This document shows, piece by piece, positions 1 to 18,100 of a DNA stretch of 64,000 bases (the first letter of the stretch is position 1; each line of letters begins with the position of its first letter). The notes below the pieces were generated by a model. The model did not search any database and was not told where the DNA came from. It was given only the letters and a program-made list of their open reading frames with translations. A program made the translations under genes and the position numbers. This stretch comes from the human T2T-CHM13v2.0 reference genome, Homo sapiens, in assembly GCF_009914755.1 (NCBI RefSeq), contig NC_060935.1; one strand, 5' to 3'.

Positions 1-1602
1 AACCTTGACTGATGCCCCAGGCAGTTGTCAGCTCTCCACATCTAAGCTTACTCACAGACACAACCTAAGCAATTAAACAATATCTGTCTTGAAAATCTCC
101 CAATTCCCTTCATTACAGCCTTTCACGAATCCTCTCAACATCCCTCAGAAAGTGGAAAGCAGGTGTAGCTTTCCTAACTTGACAGCAAGCAGATGTTTGG
201 GAAAAGAATTAGGCAGCTCATGAGGGCACACAGGAACAGAGCTGAGCCGAGCGTGGTACAGCTGCCCTGGGCACCTGCATCTGACCAAGGCTGCTAAGCC
301 CAATCTCTACCTAAAAATAGTGTCTTCCCTGCCTGCCAGGAGGCCAAAAATACTAGGCATTACACTGCTGGAGATAACAGAATCATTCCTTTACCTTTCC
401 TAGGAATTATCTTTCTTAAGATGCAAAAAGCTTTGGAGAAGGGGTCTCACACAACCCTTAGGTAAGAATGAGGGGTTGAATGAGACCCTTCATTCTTACC
501 TAAGTTAATGAGTCACAATGGAGGCGTGGAGCCCCTGGGAGGAGGGGCACGCAAAACACCCATTTATAAATGACAGAGCTGGGATAAGAACCCATTTCTC
601 TCCCACAGTAAAGCCTAGACATGCCCTTTCCATGTTACCACACTTGGTCCCTAGAGCTGAAGAGGACACAAGTCAAGAGCATTAATTGGGTCCTCTTTCT
701 GAAACTCCCTCCATTTATTGCAGTGGAACCTCCTGAGGAACAGATTTGTGCTTGAGGTGCTTTTCTGTTAAGTCAACTTTTGCTGTCTCCTCATCAGGAT
801 GTTCTGTCACTGAGCAGTGCAAATTATGAAATCTTCCTTAACAGCTCCGGCAACATGAGGCAGCTGAGGGACCAAAGGAGGCTGGACCCCTGGATGCAGT
901 AAAACAGAAGCACGTTCTCATCTGAGCGTTCTGCTATTGCTATGCTCTCCAAAAAGAGGTATACACAACTTTATCTTTGATTCATGCTCCGGCCACCAAC
1001 TCACATGCTTAGACAAAACAAGACACAGTCTCCGAGCGCTTTAGACCAGTTTTGAAAACAGAAATCTTTTCCTTTTCCCTCAACTTCCTATTTGACACAC
1101 TTATGTCAGCTTCTGATCTTTCTTTAAATTCTCTCCACTGCCGAGGGCCTTGATTCTCTTAAAGATCAGTCTCTCCTCCCAGCTTACGAAGACTTGATCT
1201 TTCTTTGAGATAAGTGTCATTTACTTCTTTAGAGGGGAAAGGAAGATCTAAAAACTTGTTTCTAACTTATACCTTCCCTTTGTTCTATGTCAAGACTGAA
1301 ATATCTTTACCAAAAGACCACACTAATTACACAGGCTGCTGCTTGCACTGTAGGCAGATGTCTTGAAGGAGTTTTTCTGCAGAGGTAGAACTTGAAATGA
1401 GCTCTTGAAACGAGCAGGCAGACCTGGATCTGGAGCTGAGCTTGGCTACTCACTAGCTGTGACAATATGGGTTAGTAACTTAGTGACTCAGTTTCCTGCT
1501 CTGAAAAATGGAGATAAAGACCCCTTTCTCACAGGCTTCTTGTAATAATTAAAGTATATCATACATGTTAAATACCTGGAGCTCCATAACTAGTTTCCCT
1601 CA

Positions 1603-1977
<375 letters not shown>

Positions 1978-2764
1978 TTAGCTGCTTGAGATATGGTCCA
2001 GGACCGCTTCCATTGTCAAATATAAAGAAGCATTACAGAAGAGATTGCACACTCCCTGTCAGCTCTTGGCTCTCACACAGTGAGATGCTGTAGTCTTAGT
2101 GGGATCTCATCAAATAAAACAACAACACAGTGACAGCCTAGTTTAACTGATACTCTAACAAGTTACTCCCACAGTTATTCTAAAATCTTAAACTATAAAA
2201 TGTCAAGCTGGAGAAGAAAATAGAATGTAACTATTTACTTGTTCTTTTTTGAATTTTTTTTTTAAAAACTTCTGAATAACTACATTTAAACTCTCTTAAA
2301 TCAAAGCACACTTGAATTTTTATTTGGGTTCTTAAAGATAAACTATGTGTTTCCAAACAGTCCAACATTTGGCACGTTAAGTCACTTAATTTTGTTTGAC
2401 TAAGGAAGGTATCCATATTAACAGATGGGATGAGGTATAAACAGAATTATGCGTGAAAGCCAGTGTGTGTCTTAGTCTTTATACCTTCAAAATATATAAT
2501 ACGATCATTGAAAGAGTAAGTTTGATTAAGTGATCTGTGGAGCAAAAATGGAAATCTTCATATGTACCGTATGCATAAGGTAATTCCTTTTGTTTTTTAT
2601 TGCAAAATGGCCTTTGAATTTGATTCTTAGGGAAGGGCCTCTGTTTGGAGCAGGAGCTCTTACATGAACCCCCAGACTCCTTGAAATCATTTGCCAAATT
2701 TTGCATGCATATGACTATGTACATTTTTTTTTTATAGAGAGCTTATGTCTTTCAGTAGATTCTC

Positions 2765-3798
2765 TTTTTAGAAAAACTTCTATTTTTAGGTTTGGGGGTA
2801 CATGAGCAGGTTTGTTACATAAGTAAACTTGTGTCACAGGGGTTTATTGTACTGAGTATTTTATTATACAGGTACTAAGCCTAGTACCCAATAGTTATTT
2901 TTTTCTGCTCCTTTCCCTCTTCCCACCCTCTACCCTCAACTAGGCCCCAGTGTCTATTGTCCCCTTCTTTGTGTTCATGAGTTGTTATCATTTAGCTCCC
3001 AGTTATTACCGAGAACATGCCATATTTGGTTTTCTGTTTCTGTGTTAGTTTGCTAAGGATAATAACCTTCAGCTCCATCCATATTCCCACAAAGACATGA
3101 TCTTATTCTTTTTTATGGCTGCATAGTATTCCGTAGTATATATATACCACATTTTCTTGATCCAATTTGTCATTGATGGGCATTTAGCTTGATTCCATGT
3201 CTTTGCTAATGTGAATAGTGCTGCAATGAACAGACACATGCATGTGTCTTCATGGTAGAATGGTTTATATTCCTTTGGGTATATACCCAGTAATGGAATT
3301 GCTGGGTTAAATGGTATTCCTGTTTCTAGCCCTTGGAGGAATCACCATACTTCTTTTCACAACAGTTGAACTAATTTACACTCCCACCAACAGTGTATAA
3401 GTGTTCCCTTTTATTTGCAACCTCACCAACATTTGTTATTTTTTGACTTTTTAATGATAGCCATTCTGAATGGTGTGAGATGGTATCTTATTGTGGTTTT
3501 GATTTGCTTTCCTGTAATGATTGGCGACATTGAGCTTTTTTTCATATGCTTGTCAGTTGCAGGTATGTCTTCTTTTGAAAAGTGTCTGTTCATGTTCTTT
3601 GCCCACTTTTTAATGGGGCTGTTTGTTTTTCTCTTGTAAATTTGTTTAAGTTCCTTATAGATTCTGGATATTAGATCTTTTTTAGATGCATATTTTGCAA
3701 GTATTTCTTCCCATTCTGTAGGTTGTCTGTTTACTCTGTTGATAGTTTCTTTTGCTGCGCAGCAGCTCTTAAGTTTAATTAGATTGCGTTTGTCAATT
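2765..3798 (-). mobile_element. 5'-truncated L1 (L1PA/PB-type 3' end)
   Basis: L1 3'UTR and ORF2 end; TSD-like tttcagtagattctc / tttcagcagattttc. Confidence 0.88.
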
Positions 3799-4222
3799 TT
3801 TCAGCAGATTTTCAAAGGGGTTCTTTACTCCAGAAAAGTTTAAAAGCCTGCAGTTTGAAGGAGATTGCATAATGCCAAGAGATTACCCAATCTTAACGTT
3901 TCTTATTATCATGTCTAGGCCAAGCCATCAAGTCCACCCTCTCCCTCTTGCTACCTTCTTCTTTCTTCCCTGCTGCAAGCCCAAGGAGATGGCAACTGAG
4001 ACTCTGACTGTGCTTCTGCTCTATTTTTATCACAGAAGACATAGTTCACTAAACCTCTCCACCCCATCAGGCTAATTACCTCCTCCCAGAAAGACTTCTC
4101 CTCCTGATGCCATCAGAGGAAAACAATATGTGTCAACTAGAAGTGACCTGTTCTTCAATAGGCATTGAGCACTGGTTCACTTCTAGGAACTTTTCTACAA
4201 TTAAATACTTTGCCTAAATTAA

Positions 4223-4544
<322 letters not shown>

Positions 4545-4944
4545 GAGTTGGCTTTTTTTATTATTATTTTAAAGAGGAAGTAACTGAGTCTAAAAATGAT
4601 TAAGTAAATTGTCCAAGTTCACATGTCTGGTATATCCAAAAGGAAACCATTGAAGGATATTTAAGTTGGAGAGTGGTATAGTCAGTTTGCATTCTTAAAA
4701 GATTACTGATGCCTGTGTGGAAAATTAGTTGAAGGAGTATAAGAGTAGGATGAGAGAGAACACTTTACAAGCTATTGCAGGACTATAGACAAGAGATGAT
4801 GGTGGCTTGGAGCAGAGAGGTAACAGTAGATGGAGTCAGAGTATAGATATGGTAGACTGGATTTGATATTGACTAAATGTCGTAAAGAGAAGGAGTGTAG
4901 TGTCAAAATGACTCTCAGGTATCTAGTATGAGCCATTGGCTTGA

Positions 4945-5500
4945 CAGTGGTGGTAACCAGCCTCCAAGATGGCCCAAATGATCCTTATCTCCTGGTCTTT
5001 ACACTCTTATGACTCACCTTCCACATTAAATTGTGGCTAGCCTGTGTGACTAAAAGAATACTGAGAAAGCGACAGTGTTTGCCTTCTGAGGCTGGGTTAT
5101 GAAAGATATTGCAGCTTTCTCCTTGTTCTCTCTTGGATTGCCTGTTCTGGAGAGGAAGTCAGCCACCATGTTGTGAGGACAGCCAAGCAGCCCTCTGGAG
5201 CCCTATAAAAAGGTCCACATGGGGAAGAACTGAGGTCTCCTACCAACAGACTGCACCAGCTTACCAGATATATGAGTGAGCCATCTTGGAAGGGGATCCT
5301 TCATACCCATTTGAGCCATCAGATGGCTGCAGCCCTGGCCAACATCTTACTGCAACCTTGTGAGAGACTTTTAGCCAGACCACCTAGGTAAACTACTCCC
5401 AAATTTCTGACCCACAGAAACTGTAAGGTAATAAATGTTCGTTATTTTTTAAACCACCAGATTTTTGTAATTTGTTTCACAGCACCAGATAACTAATTCA
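4945..5500 (+). mobile_element. MLT1-type MaLR LTR within L2-like sequence
   Basis: MLT1 motifs (gccaccatgttgtgagga, ctgacccacagaaactgt...aataaat). Confidence 0.75.
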
Positions 5501-7705
5501 TTAGTACCAGGTTAGGGTTTTTGAATAAGGAGTGATAAGTTTGGCTTGGGCATGTTGAGTTTGAGATGCCATCTAAATGGAGACAGTAAGTAAACAGTTA
5601 TGCATACAAATTATTATACACAATCTGAAGCTCAGGGAGATCTGGATTAGAGATTTGATCTGGGAGTCCTCAGCATATGGATGACATTTGAAATAAGAAT
5701 GAATATGAAGAAACAGAAGAAAAGAGAGCATGGAAGGCTTCTGGGAGGAGGTAATAGCTGATCTAAATTTTTATGTATGATTAGGGGTTAGCCTGGAAAA
5801 GGAGCTGAAGATATAAACAGGAGAAATCCTAGGAAGTTAGGATATAAATAAACTACTTGTTTTGATTTGATTTGATTTGAGGCTATGTGCATTTCTAAGA
5901 ATCCCCTAGCTAAATGATAAAGTTCTCAGTCCATCATGTACCTCCTCCAAAGGCTATCCTTGATATTGTGTTAAAAGGATAAATGAAATTACTACATAAA
6001 AATAAGCATAAATATTTGTGCTTAATAAAGAATATATATGCAGCAAAAAATTTATTTTTGCAGATAGAAAAATTAGAATTAGCAATAACAAAGTAATTGG
6101 TAACAATGTTCTATACCTCCTCAAGCCCTCTTTCATAAGCCAAGTGGTTGGAGAAATAGGTATTTTCACTCAGCTGCCTCTTTCATTTCTCTTTATGTGT
6201 CCTGGTTGCTACATAGAACCTATATTATAAATAAAACTGTAATATTTATATATTGAATGATGTATTAAAAAGTGGCATCGAGAATACCTGGAAAGATTTC
6301 AGAGATGAGTTAGATTCTAAGAGTCAAATAAGAACTACAGAGCTAGCAATCAGGAAAAAACGATAGATATTTAAAGTTACTCTGCCATTTGATTAGCCCA
6401 AATGGCAAGTGTCTATGTTCACAATTCCTGTGTTCAATGTTCAATAGAAAAAAAGGAATGTGTTTTCTTCTCTGTCACAGTCAGGTGAGAAAGGATTAAC
6501 TCAGCTACCTGACTTTTGAAATTTAATGGATGTATTTATGGAGGGATATTAGAGGTGACTGATCTTGATTCAAAAATGTTAAATTTCCTAAACCTGGACT
6601 ATGTTTTCAAAAATTCAAGATGCATTTAACAAAGCAAGGAAAAATAAATTCAGGCTGCTAGCTTGGCAGCTGGTCTGGATACAGTATTTTGCTCTGTTTA
6701 CTCTGTCAGGAAGCCAGTTCCATTTGATTAAATTCTGAAATTAGAATGCATGCACTCTGGAAGATACTAAGCAGCTTCATGCTTTTACCCGTATGGAAAA
6801 CGTGATTAAGGAAATGAACTCAATGGCTGTAGCATCAGAAGAGATCAATGCAACAGCTGTATTCAACTGGGCTCAATGGGCTAGACCTTTACTTTATTAA
6901 AATGGATGGCTTTAGCATAGAAACTGTGTCCACATCACAAAACTGCCATATTGCTCTGAACTCAGGCCTAGAAAGGAGCCAAGTGGAACTGCCATCAAAT
7001 ATTATGGCAGCAGTGGAAATGAAGATCTGCTCTCACACCACAAAGCTAAAATTTAGCCAAAATGAGAGATAATTAAAGAATTTATATGCAGTATTTCCAC
7101 ACCAACATATTAGATTGTTTCCAAAACTGCTGGAATGTCATCATTTGGCAAGTTTGCCAGAATTCCCCCACAAAAATCTTGAAATTTCCTGTGGCGTGGC
7201 AACATCTTTTGCTTTGCCTGAAATGAAGTAGCCTATAAATATTAATTTATATGTAAAATATTGTCAGAGGCCAGCTACACCCAGATAACCCAGCAACAAA
7301 GACCTCACTGTGTCCATTTACCCAGTTAACAGCAAGAAAGTTGGGATTTTATTGGAAAATACTTACATTGTTGACCTATGATTGCCAAGTCTTCACTTTG
7401 GCCATATAGGCTTGTTAATAAGTTGAAAAATGAAATGGAATTGAGGTATTATTGTATCTGTGAAGTGCAGAGGATGTAAAGGAAGTATGACCTAAGAGAT
7501 GTTGAACTGGAGGATGGTCGAGAAAGGACTTTCTAGAAACAGAAGTGCATTAATATAGACACTGTGCTCGAGGAGCTGATCCTCAAGCTTCAGATGTTAA
7601 GGAGCTCTTTGTAAGGGCCTCCAAATATGATGAGGTTCTTTGGAACTGTCTCATACTAACCAAACTGACAAGAAGTTGGTACATAAAGCAGAATGCCAAT
7701 AACCA

Positions 7706-8027
7706 TGTGCTATGGTTTGAATGTCCCCTCCAAAACTGAAGTTGAAATTTAATTGCAAATGTGATAATATTAGGAAGTAGGACCTTTAAGAAGTGATTAG
7801 GTCATAAGGGCTCTGTAGGAGTTTGGCACGTTTTTCTTTGTCTCAGCCCTTCCTTGCTCTTCTGCCATGGGATAACACATTGCACAGCATGAAGGCCTTC
7901 ACCAGATGTTGGCATCATGCTCTTGGATTTCCCAGCCTCCATAACTGTTAACCAAATAAATGTATATTCTTTACAAATTACTCAGTCTGTGGCATTCTGT
8001 TATAGCAGCAGAAAATGGACTAAGACA
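7706..8027 (+). mobile_element. MST/MLT1A-type MaLR solo LTR
   Basis: tgctatggtttgaatgtccc...ggactaagaca termini. Confidence 0.8.
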
Positions 8028-8121
8028 CCTTGGGGCTTGGAATGCTCAGATGAACTGAGTACACTCTCTCCCTGAAGACATGCTAGATCGATGTTTGCTT
8101 TTACAGCTTGGAGCAAGGGCA

Positions 8122-8124
<3 letters not shown>

Positions 8125-8151
<27 letters not shown>
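8125..8151 (+). repeat. (CAA)9 microsatellite
   Basis: Direct reading. Confidence 0.95.
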
Positions 8152-8152
<1 letters not shown>

Positions 8153-8989
8153 CGATGGGTTTCACTTGGCAGTTTTATCTGGCCAGGCATGAGATGTTAG
8201 TGTTCTCACATTGGGGCACACACTTCCCTACAGGAGAAACCCTGGCAAATACTTGCTTATAAGATTGTCTCTTTATAAATACCATGTAGACTACCCTTTT
8301 TGCAATAAAATATTTTTGTTTATTTTCCAATTTTATTGAAATATATAATTTATATACAGAGCCAGGTGTGGTGGCTCACACCTGTAACCCCAGCTACTCA
8401 GGAGGTTGAGGTGGAAGGATCACTTGAGCCCGGGAGTTTGAGGTTACAATGAGCTATGATCACACCACTGCACTACAGCCTGGGCAATAGAGCGAGACCA
8501 CATCTCTAAGTAAATAAGTAAATAATTTATATACAATAAATCCATCCATTCAAAATGTACGGCTTGATAAGTTTTGACTGTTATATATACCCATGTAATA
8601 ATCATTACAATCAAACATAGAATATTTTCATCACCTTCCAAACAATTTCTGTGTCCTCTCTTCCCAATCAATTATCATCCTCAAGCAAGCCCCAATAAGC
8701 TTTTACCAATATACATTAGATTTATCTTTTCTAGAGTTTCATCTACGTAGAATCATATGTATATAGTCTTTTGTGTCTGGCTGCTTTCACTCAGCATGCT
8801 CTTGAGATTTATTGATGTTGTGTGTATATCAGTAAATAATTCCTTTTTATTGCTGAGTAGTACTTCATGGCATAAATATACTACAACTGTTTACCCACAA
8901 TAGCCTTAGACAGTACTTTCAGAGTAAGTTTATAAGGTGCCCTCCTATTAGAGCCAATTATGAAATGGAACTTAATATAAGATGCAGTT

Positions 8990-9287
8990 AATTTTTGTTT
9001 TTTTTTTTTATAGCCAGGGTCTCACTCTGTTGCCCAGGCTAGAGTGCAGGGGTGGGATCATAGCTCACTGTAACCTTGAACTCCTAGGCTCAAGCAAACC
9101 TCCTGCCTCAGCCTCCTGAGTAGCTGGGACTACAGGTACACACCACCACATACTAATTTTTTATTTTTTGTAGATACAGGATCTCACTAGGTTGCCTAGG
9201 CTGGTCTCAAAGTCCTGGCCTCAAGCGATCCTCCTGCTTCAGCCTCCCAAACCCCTGAGATTATGAGCGTGAGCCTGTGCCTGGCTA
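8990..9287 (-). mobile_element. AluJ
   Basis: Diverged Alu with J diagnostics. Confidence 0.85.
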
Positions 9288-9586
9288 GGGTCTATTTTTA
9301 GTAGCCACATATAAAGAGGATTTAGTGACATCATCCTAAGACCTCATATATGATTTTACACATGTATATTTTGCACAATGATCAGAATGATGACCTCCCA
9401 AATCATATTATATACAGGCTCACACACATAACTTAGTTTTACAAATATATTTTAAAATGATTTAAAACAAGCATTGAAAAAAGGGCTTCCCAGAATTAAA
9501 CAACGAAAAAACAAAAACATGATCTGCACATTTTAAATAAGGTTTTATATCTAGGTATTTTATAGATGTAAATAAACACACGTTAA

Positions 9587-11750
<2,164 letters not shown>

Positions 11751-11969
11751 AAATATGTTTCCTGATTAAAATTTGCAATTATGCATTCGGAAAAATATAA
11801 TGAGCAAAGTACAAATCACAAAAAAATGCCATCACTTAGAAATAACATTTTGGCAATTCTAGTTTTTTAATGCATATTTCATTCATATAGGTAAGATCAT
11901 ATAATACATACAATTTCATATCCAATTTTTATCTTAAATAATATAAATGTAATTATATCACAAATCAGT

Positions 11970-12070
11970 TCATATTACTAAAATTTCAAAAATATTTGAA
12001 TGGCTGCATGTTGAACACCATCTTAAATCAGGGGTTGCAGACTCAGATAGCTTCAGGGTCCAGGTAGTAA
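11970..12070 (-). CDS. C11orf71: C11orf71 alternative terminal coding exon (147-aa isoform: 20408..20750 joined to 11970..12070)
   Basis: Donor GAG|GTGTTA after 20408, acceptor ttttag| before 12070; 343+101=444 nt = 147 aa, matching the isoform length I recall. Confidence 0.7.
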
Positions 12071-12494
12071 CTAAAATACACAAAATGGATGAGTATAAGA
12101 TGGCAGGGAGTGGTGGTAACCAAAAATGCATGTCCCAGCAAAAGGGATTCAAATTTATTTTATTTCTAAACATGTGCTGACAAAATTCAGTGGGGACAAT
12201 AAGCAAGTCACAAAAGAATATGTGCAATATAATATATTATGTTGTTTTAAAACATGTAAAACAATTAGATATTACACTTAGGGATACATCAGGGATAGAC
12301 ACGTAGTTAAAGCTGTTTTTTTTTTTTTTAAAATAAAGCATGGGAATGCAAAACACCAAATTCAGCACAACGATTATGTTTGGCAGGAATAAGTGATGTG
12401 GGCAGATTATCAAGCTGAGTTAAACCAAGGGTGTTTAACATGTGGAGCAATATTTTACTTGAATGGTAAGTATACAGGTATTGGTTGCATTTTA

Positions 12495-13160
<666 letters not shown>

Positions 13161-13335
13161 TTGTACAATGCATCTTTTTCAGGAAAAAAAAAAAAATCCT
13201 GTTAGCCACAGAAAACCCCGTGCCAGATCTGCCCACTGGCCACTCTAGCATGATAAGTGGTATTGCATAGTCAACAAGTGAATACTCCCTCCACCACTAC
13301 ATAGTTCTGTGCCTTTAGGCAGTTACTAAAATTCT

Positions 13336-14318
13336 CTGCAAACTAAGGCCTGAAGGCTAAATCTAGCCCTCTGCTAGTTTTGTACAGTCCTCCAGCTAAG
13401 AATGGTTAGTACATTTAGAAATGGTTGGAAAGTAAAGTGGTACCTTTAACCTGTTACTGAACTGTGAACGGGTTCAGCAATTAGCTTTTGCTGCAGACTT
13501 ATGTTTCTCAAACCTAAAATTATAAGGCAAAACAGCTCTTACATGCCACACTTATAGGGTGGTAAAGTCATTTCAACAACAACTTAACATTGTTTGAACA
13601 CCAGCATCTCAAGCTGCTTTATGCCTTCCTATCTGTTAAAAGTTAAAACAAGAAGCAAGATCTCCACACCCACACATACTTGCAGTAGATAAATTTTACA
13701 AGCTCAAGGTAGAGTTCTAACAGTGTCTTTTAGACCTGGACATAAGTGCAAAGAATATGTTCACAATTCAAAGTCCATTTAACTCTGCAATTGAGGAGCT
13801 TCTACTTCAATCGGAAGCAATTAATTTGCAATGTAATGACAGGCTAAAAGGCAAATATCAAGAGAAAAATGTAATAGAATTTTATAAATGCCTTCCCAAT
13901 GATGAATATGTTCAATTAAAATCATATGCCTGTGGATTCATATCAGTATTTGTCAGTACCTATCTGTATGAAAAGACATTTTGAAGATGAAATACACAAA
14001 ATCTCATTAAAAATCAGCATTTATAGATGAGCATTCGCTATTGATTTTGATGATAAAGAACACTTAATTTTGTACTTCAGTTAAGTGAAATGGTATCCCT
14101 CCAAAAAAAGAATTCCATCTTTTCCTTGAAAGCATTAGCACTACAAAAAATTGTATTCAATTAATATACTTTGAATTTCATTTGAACAAACTTTGTGAAA
14201 GTTTGTTTTCTCTCTTGTTATGTAAGTATTTACATAAGAGCTTCGATTTTTACCTGTTGGACCACAAAGTCTAAAATATTTACTACCTAGGTCTTCAGAA
14301 AATGTTTGCCAATCCCTG
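13336..14318 (+). mobile_element. hAT-Charlie DNA transposon with MER58-like ends and transposase remnant
   Basis: 3' end aaaatatttact...gtttgccaatccctg; ORF 13757-13984 resembles the hAT dimerisation domain. Confidence 0.75.
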
Positions 14319-14381
14319 TCATAGCATGATTGTGAGGATTAAATAAAAGAATCCTTGTGAAAGTGGTTAGCAGCAAACTAG

Positions 14382-15128
<747 letters not shown>

Positions 15129-18100
15129 GGTATTGACTTTTTTTAATCCATCATCTATTTTGGGCATAGGTTTCCAGGGTTTTTTAAAATTATAAACAGA
15201 AAAATGTTATATGCATTAAATATTTATGTTCATAAATATTTGTCCACATCTTGGATTAGGAGCTAACTTTAGGTTGTATTCCTAGCGGCAGGTTGATTTC
15301 AAACTGAAGTAATCCTTTAAGAAAAATTTATCTTACCTTGTTACTCTTATTTGCCCAGGCAACTAGATAATTGCAGACAAAAGAGACTACAATTTATGCC
15401 CTTGCCTTCCTGACATGTTGTATTTTTGGATTTTGATTCCAAGGAGACATAGCCTATCCGTGAAGGTTATTCATTCATTCAACACGCATTCATTAAATAT
15501 CTACTCTTTGGGCACAGGATAAATTTAGACATGTTGCCTACCCTCAGGGAGCTTCTACAGAGGAGAGATAAGACATAGATTACACCTCTATCCCTGGAAT
15601 TAGCTGTGAAGTCTCACCCAAATACTTGAACACAGAGTGAGGAGGTGCCCTCTGCCTTCCCAGCTCTGTCAGTCAATATAGTTCATTTTTTGCTTAACCT
15701 GGTTAAAATAAGTGTGTTCTTTGAATGTAAGGAGCCATTTACTAATCTAGATGGATAAAAGTTTAACCAACAGAAAATGAGGACAAGCAATTTGGTTAAG
15801 GGCGTTGCCACAGATGCAGAGAACAGCAACCACCTGGGGGAATTAAGGAGGAAAGGCTGGCAATGCAGCTTGGTCACATTATGGAAAGTCTGAAATGTTT
15901 TTGGAGTGTGCAATGTATGAGAGTTGCACTGCTTCAGTGACTCTCAGGTCTTTGGGAAGTTGAAGGCAATATTTTCTTCCTCTGATTTAGAAGTGCATTT
16001 TGAAGTAGGGCAGCCTTCAGATATTCTAGTGAAATAAGGAGCCAAGTAAACTGTTACTTTAAAAAGAAAATACATCATTAGCATTGTTAAGAAACACTTG
16101 CACTCACCTGTATTCATCAGTGGATGTTCCTAATGTCTGTCATGAGTAATAATGCCAATTTTGATCCTCAGTGCCTAGGGAATCTGCAGCTGCATGCTTG
16201 CCTCCCTTCTCCCACCCACTTGCCAAAGACATTGATAGGTATGGGTCATCATGTGCAGTCAAGATAGGGTTGAACCTTATCAAACCAGGAGTGAGAAAAC
16301 CAGCCCATCTGCCTAATTAGTAACATTGTTTGTTTAGAAAGAGTCTCCCTCTGTTGGCCAGGCTGGAGTGCAGTGGTGTGATCGTAGCTCACTACATTCC
16401 TCCAACTCCTGGGCTCAAGGGATTCTCCCACCTTAGCCTACAGCCTGGTACTACAGGCCCGACCAATCGTGCCCCACTCCTAAAATTCTGGAAGCTTACC
16501 AAAGTCTGACACACTATATAAAAATCCATTTCTAGTACCTGAAAAATTGGATCCATTAGGGAGCCAGTGGAGCTTTTTAAGTAAGGCATTTCTAATTACG
16601 TTTCTGTAGAAGAGAGGCTCCCCAGGAAGGCAGTAGTATGCAAAGATTTTAAATTTATGGACAAATAAATTTGTGAAACACAAGTTGAAACATCATCAAA
16701 CAGGTGTCTTTTTCTGAACCTTTAACATGCCCTTACACATTATGACTCCCTAAGAAGGCAATAAAGCATGTGCTTGTCAAATTTATTGGCCTCATGCCTT
16801 TTTTTCAAAGGTGTATCTTGTATTTCTAGTGAAAGTTCTGTAGAATATACTTTGGGAAACACTAAAGTATTAGTTATGTGATCAGAGATGTGCTTTAGGA
16901 ATATTAATTTGGAGGCTACACACATTTAGGATGAAGTAGAGAGACAGAGGCAAAGAAAACAGGCTACATGTCCAGGTAAATATAGTCCAGGTGATGAGTG
17001 ATTACAAAAAGATAACATAAATATATTTTGAATTTCAATTGGGCAGGACTTTGCAACTGAATGGAAATAGGCAATGAGGAAAGGACACAGGTGGTACTGA
17101 GTCAAAGGTATTCAAACATACATTTTGTTGGCTAGAAAAATTGGTAAACTCTTCATAGAAATTAAGAAAACAAAAGCTGCACCTTAGTGGGATCTGGATA
17201 AACTTACCAAGGGAATGAAAGACATACAATTAATTCTGCTGGAAAGAAAGTTGAACCTTACTCTTTCCTCCTATTGGACTTTTCACCCTCCTTTCTTCTT
17301 CTTTTCTACCTTCCAAGTCAGCCCTCTTAAAGTTACCTTTATCACCAGATTGGCTACTGAGGGAAGCAATCTCATTGGTCTTTTTTTCCAATCTCCCAAA
17401 TGGATATTAAAACAACACAAAACAAAAATAACACAACTCTTCTTTTTCAGAGTTCTTAAAACTGCTTTTTAGGAGTTTTAGTGCTGATGAATAGAGGAAG
17501 TAAATATCTTATTAGGGCCCCATTTCAACACATGCTAGCCAGTTGCTTAGTATGATATAAGAAGTAGAGGCAGTAAAAACAAACTGAAAGTTACAATGGC
17601 TTTTTAAAAACTTACAGAAGTATAATTGTTTGGGACAATTCTTAGAAATCATCTATTTTAGAATGACAACATGCTATGTTTAATCATTGATACTATATAA
17701 AAATTCATTTTGTGCACTAATATATGGATGTTTAATAATATGGTCTGCTCTTGGGAAACTTAGTTGTCCCTGCTTTAGATAATTTAATTAAAAAGGGGTT
17801 TATGTTGGTTTGTGCTTCTACAATACAGTCTTTGTGACTCGAGGGTCACATTGTAACTTGAATGCTACTGCAGATGTTAAGAACAAGAATTTAGATATCC
17901 ATTGACTCAGATTTAAAATAATGGAGCATTTATGTGAACAAGGTTCTCTCTTGCCAAACAAAACACAAACCACACCATTTTCTTGTTTACTGCACATACA
18001 CTATTATTCAACCAAAGCCCTATTCTTGATGACCCCATTCCAGAACAAACAGAAATGAAGTCACTCCCACTTGGTCCTCCCTTGCTCTTGAGCACTTTTG

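Noticed and set aside
6200-7400. Repeat-poor stretch that might be a conserved enhancer
   Set aside because: No motif or structure I can support without alignments
8080-8262. PolyQ-containing 60-aa ORF
   Set aside because: Just a (CAA)9 microsatellite; no exon or promoter support
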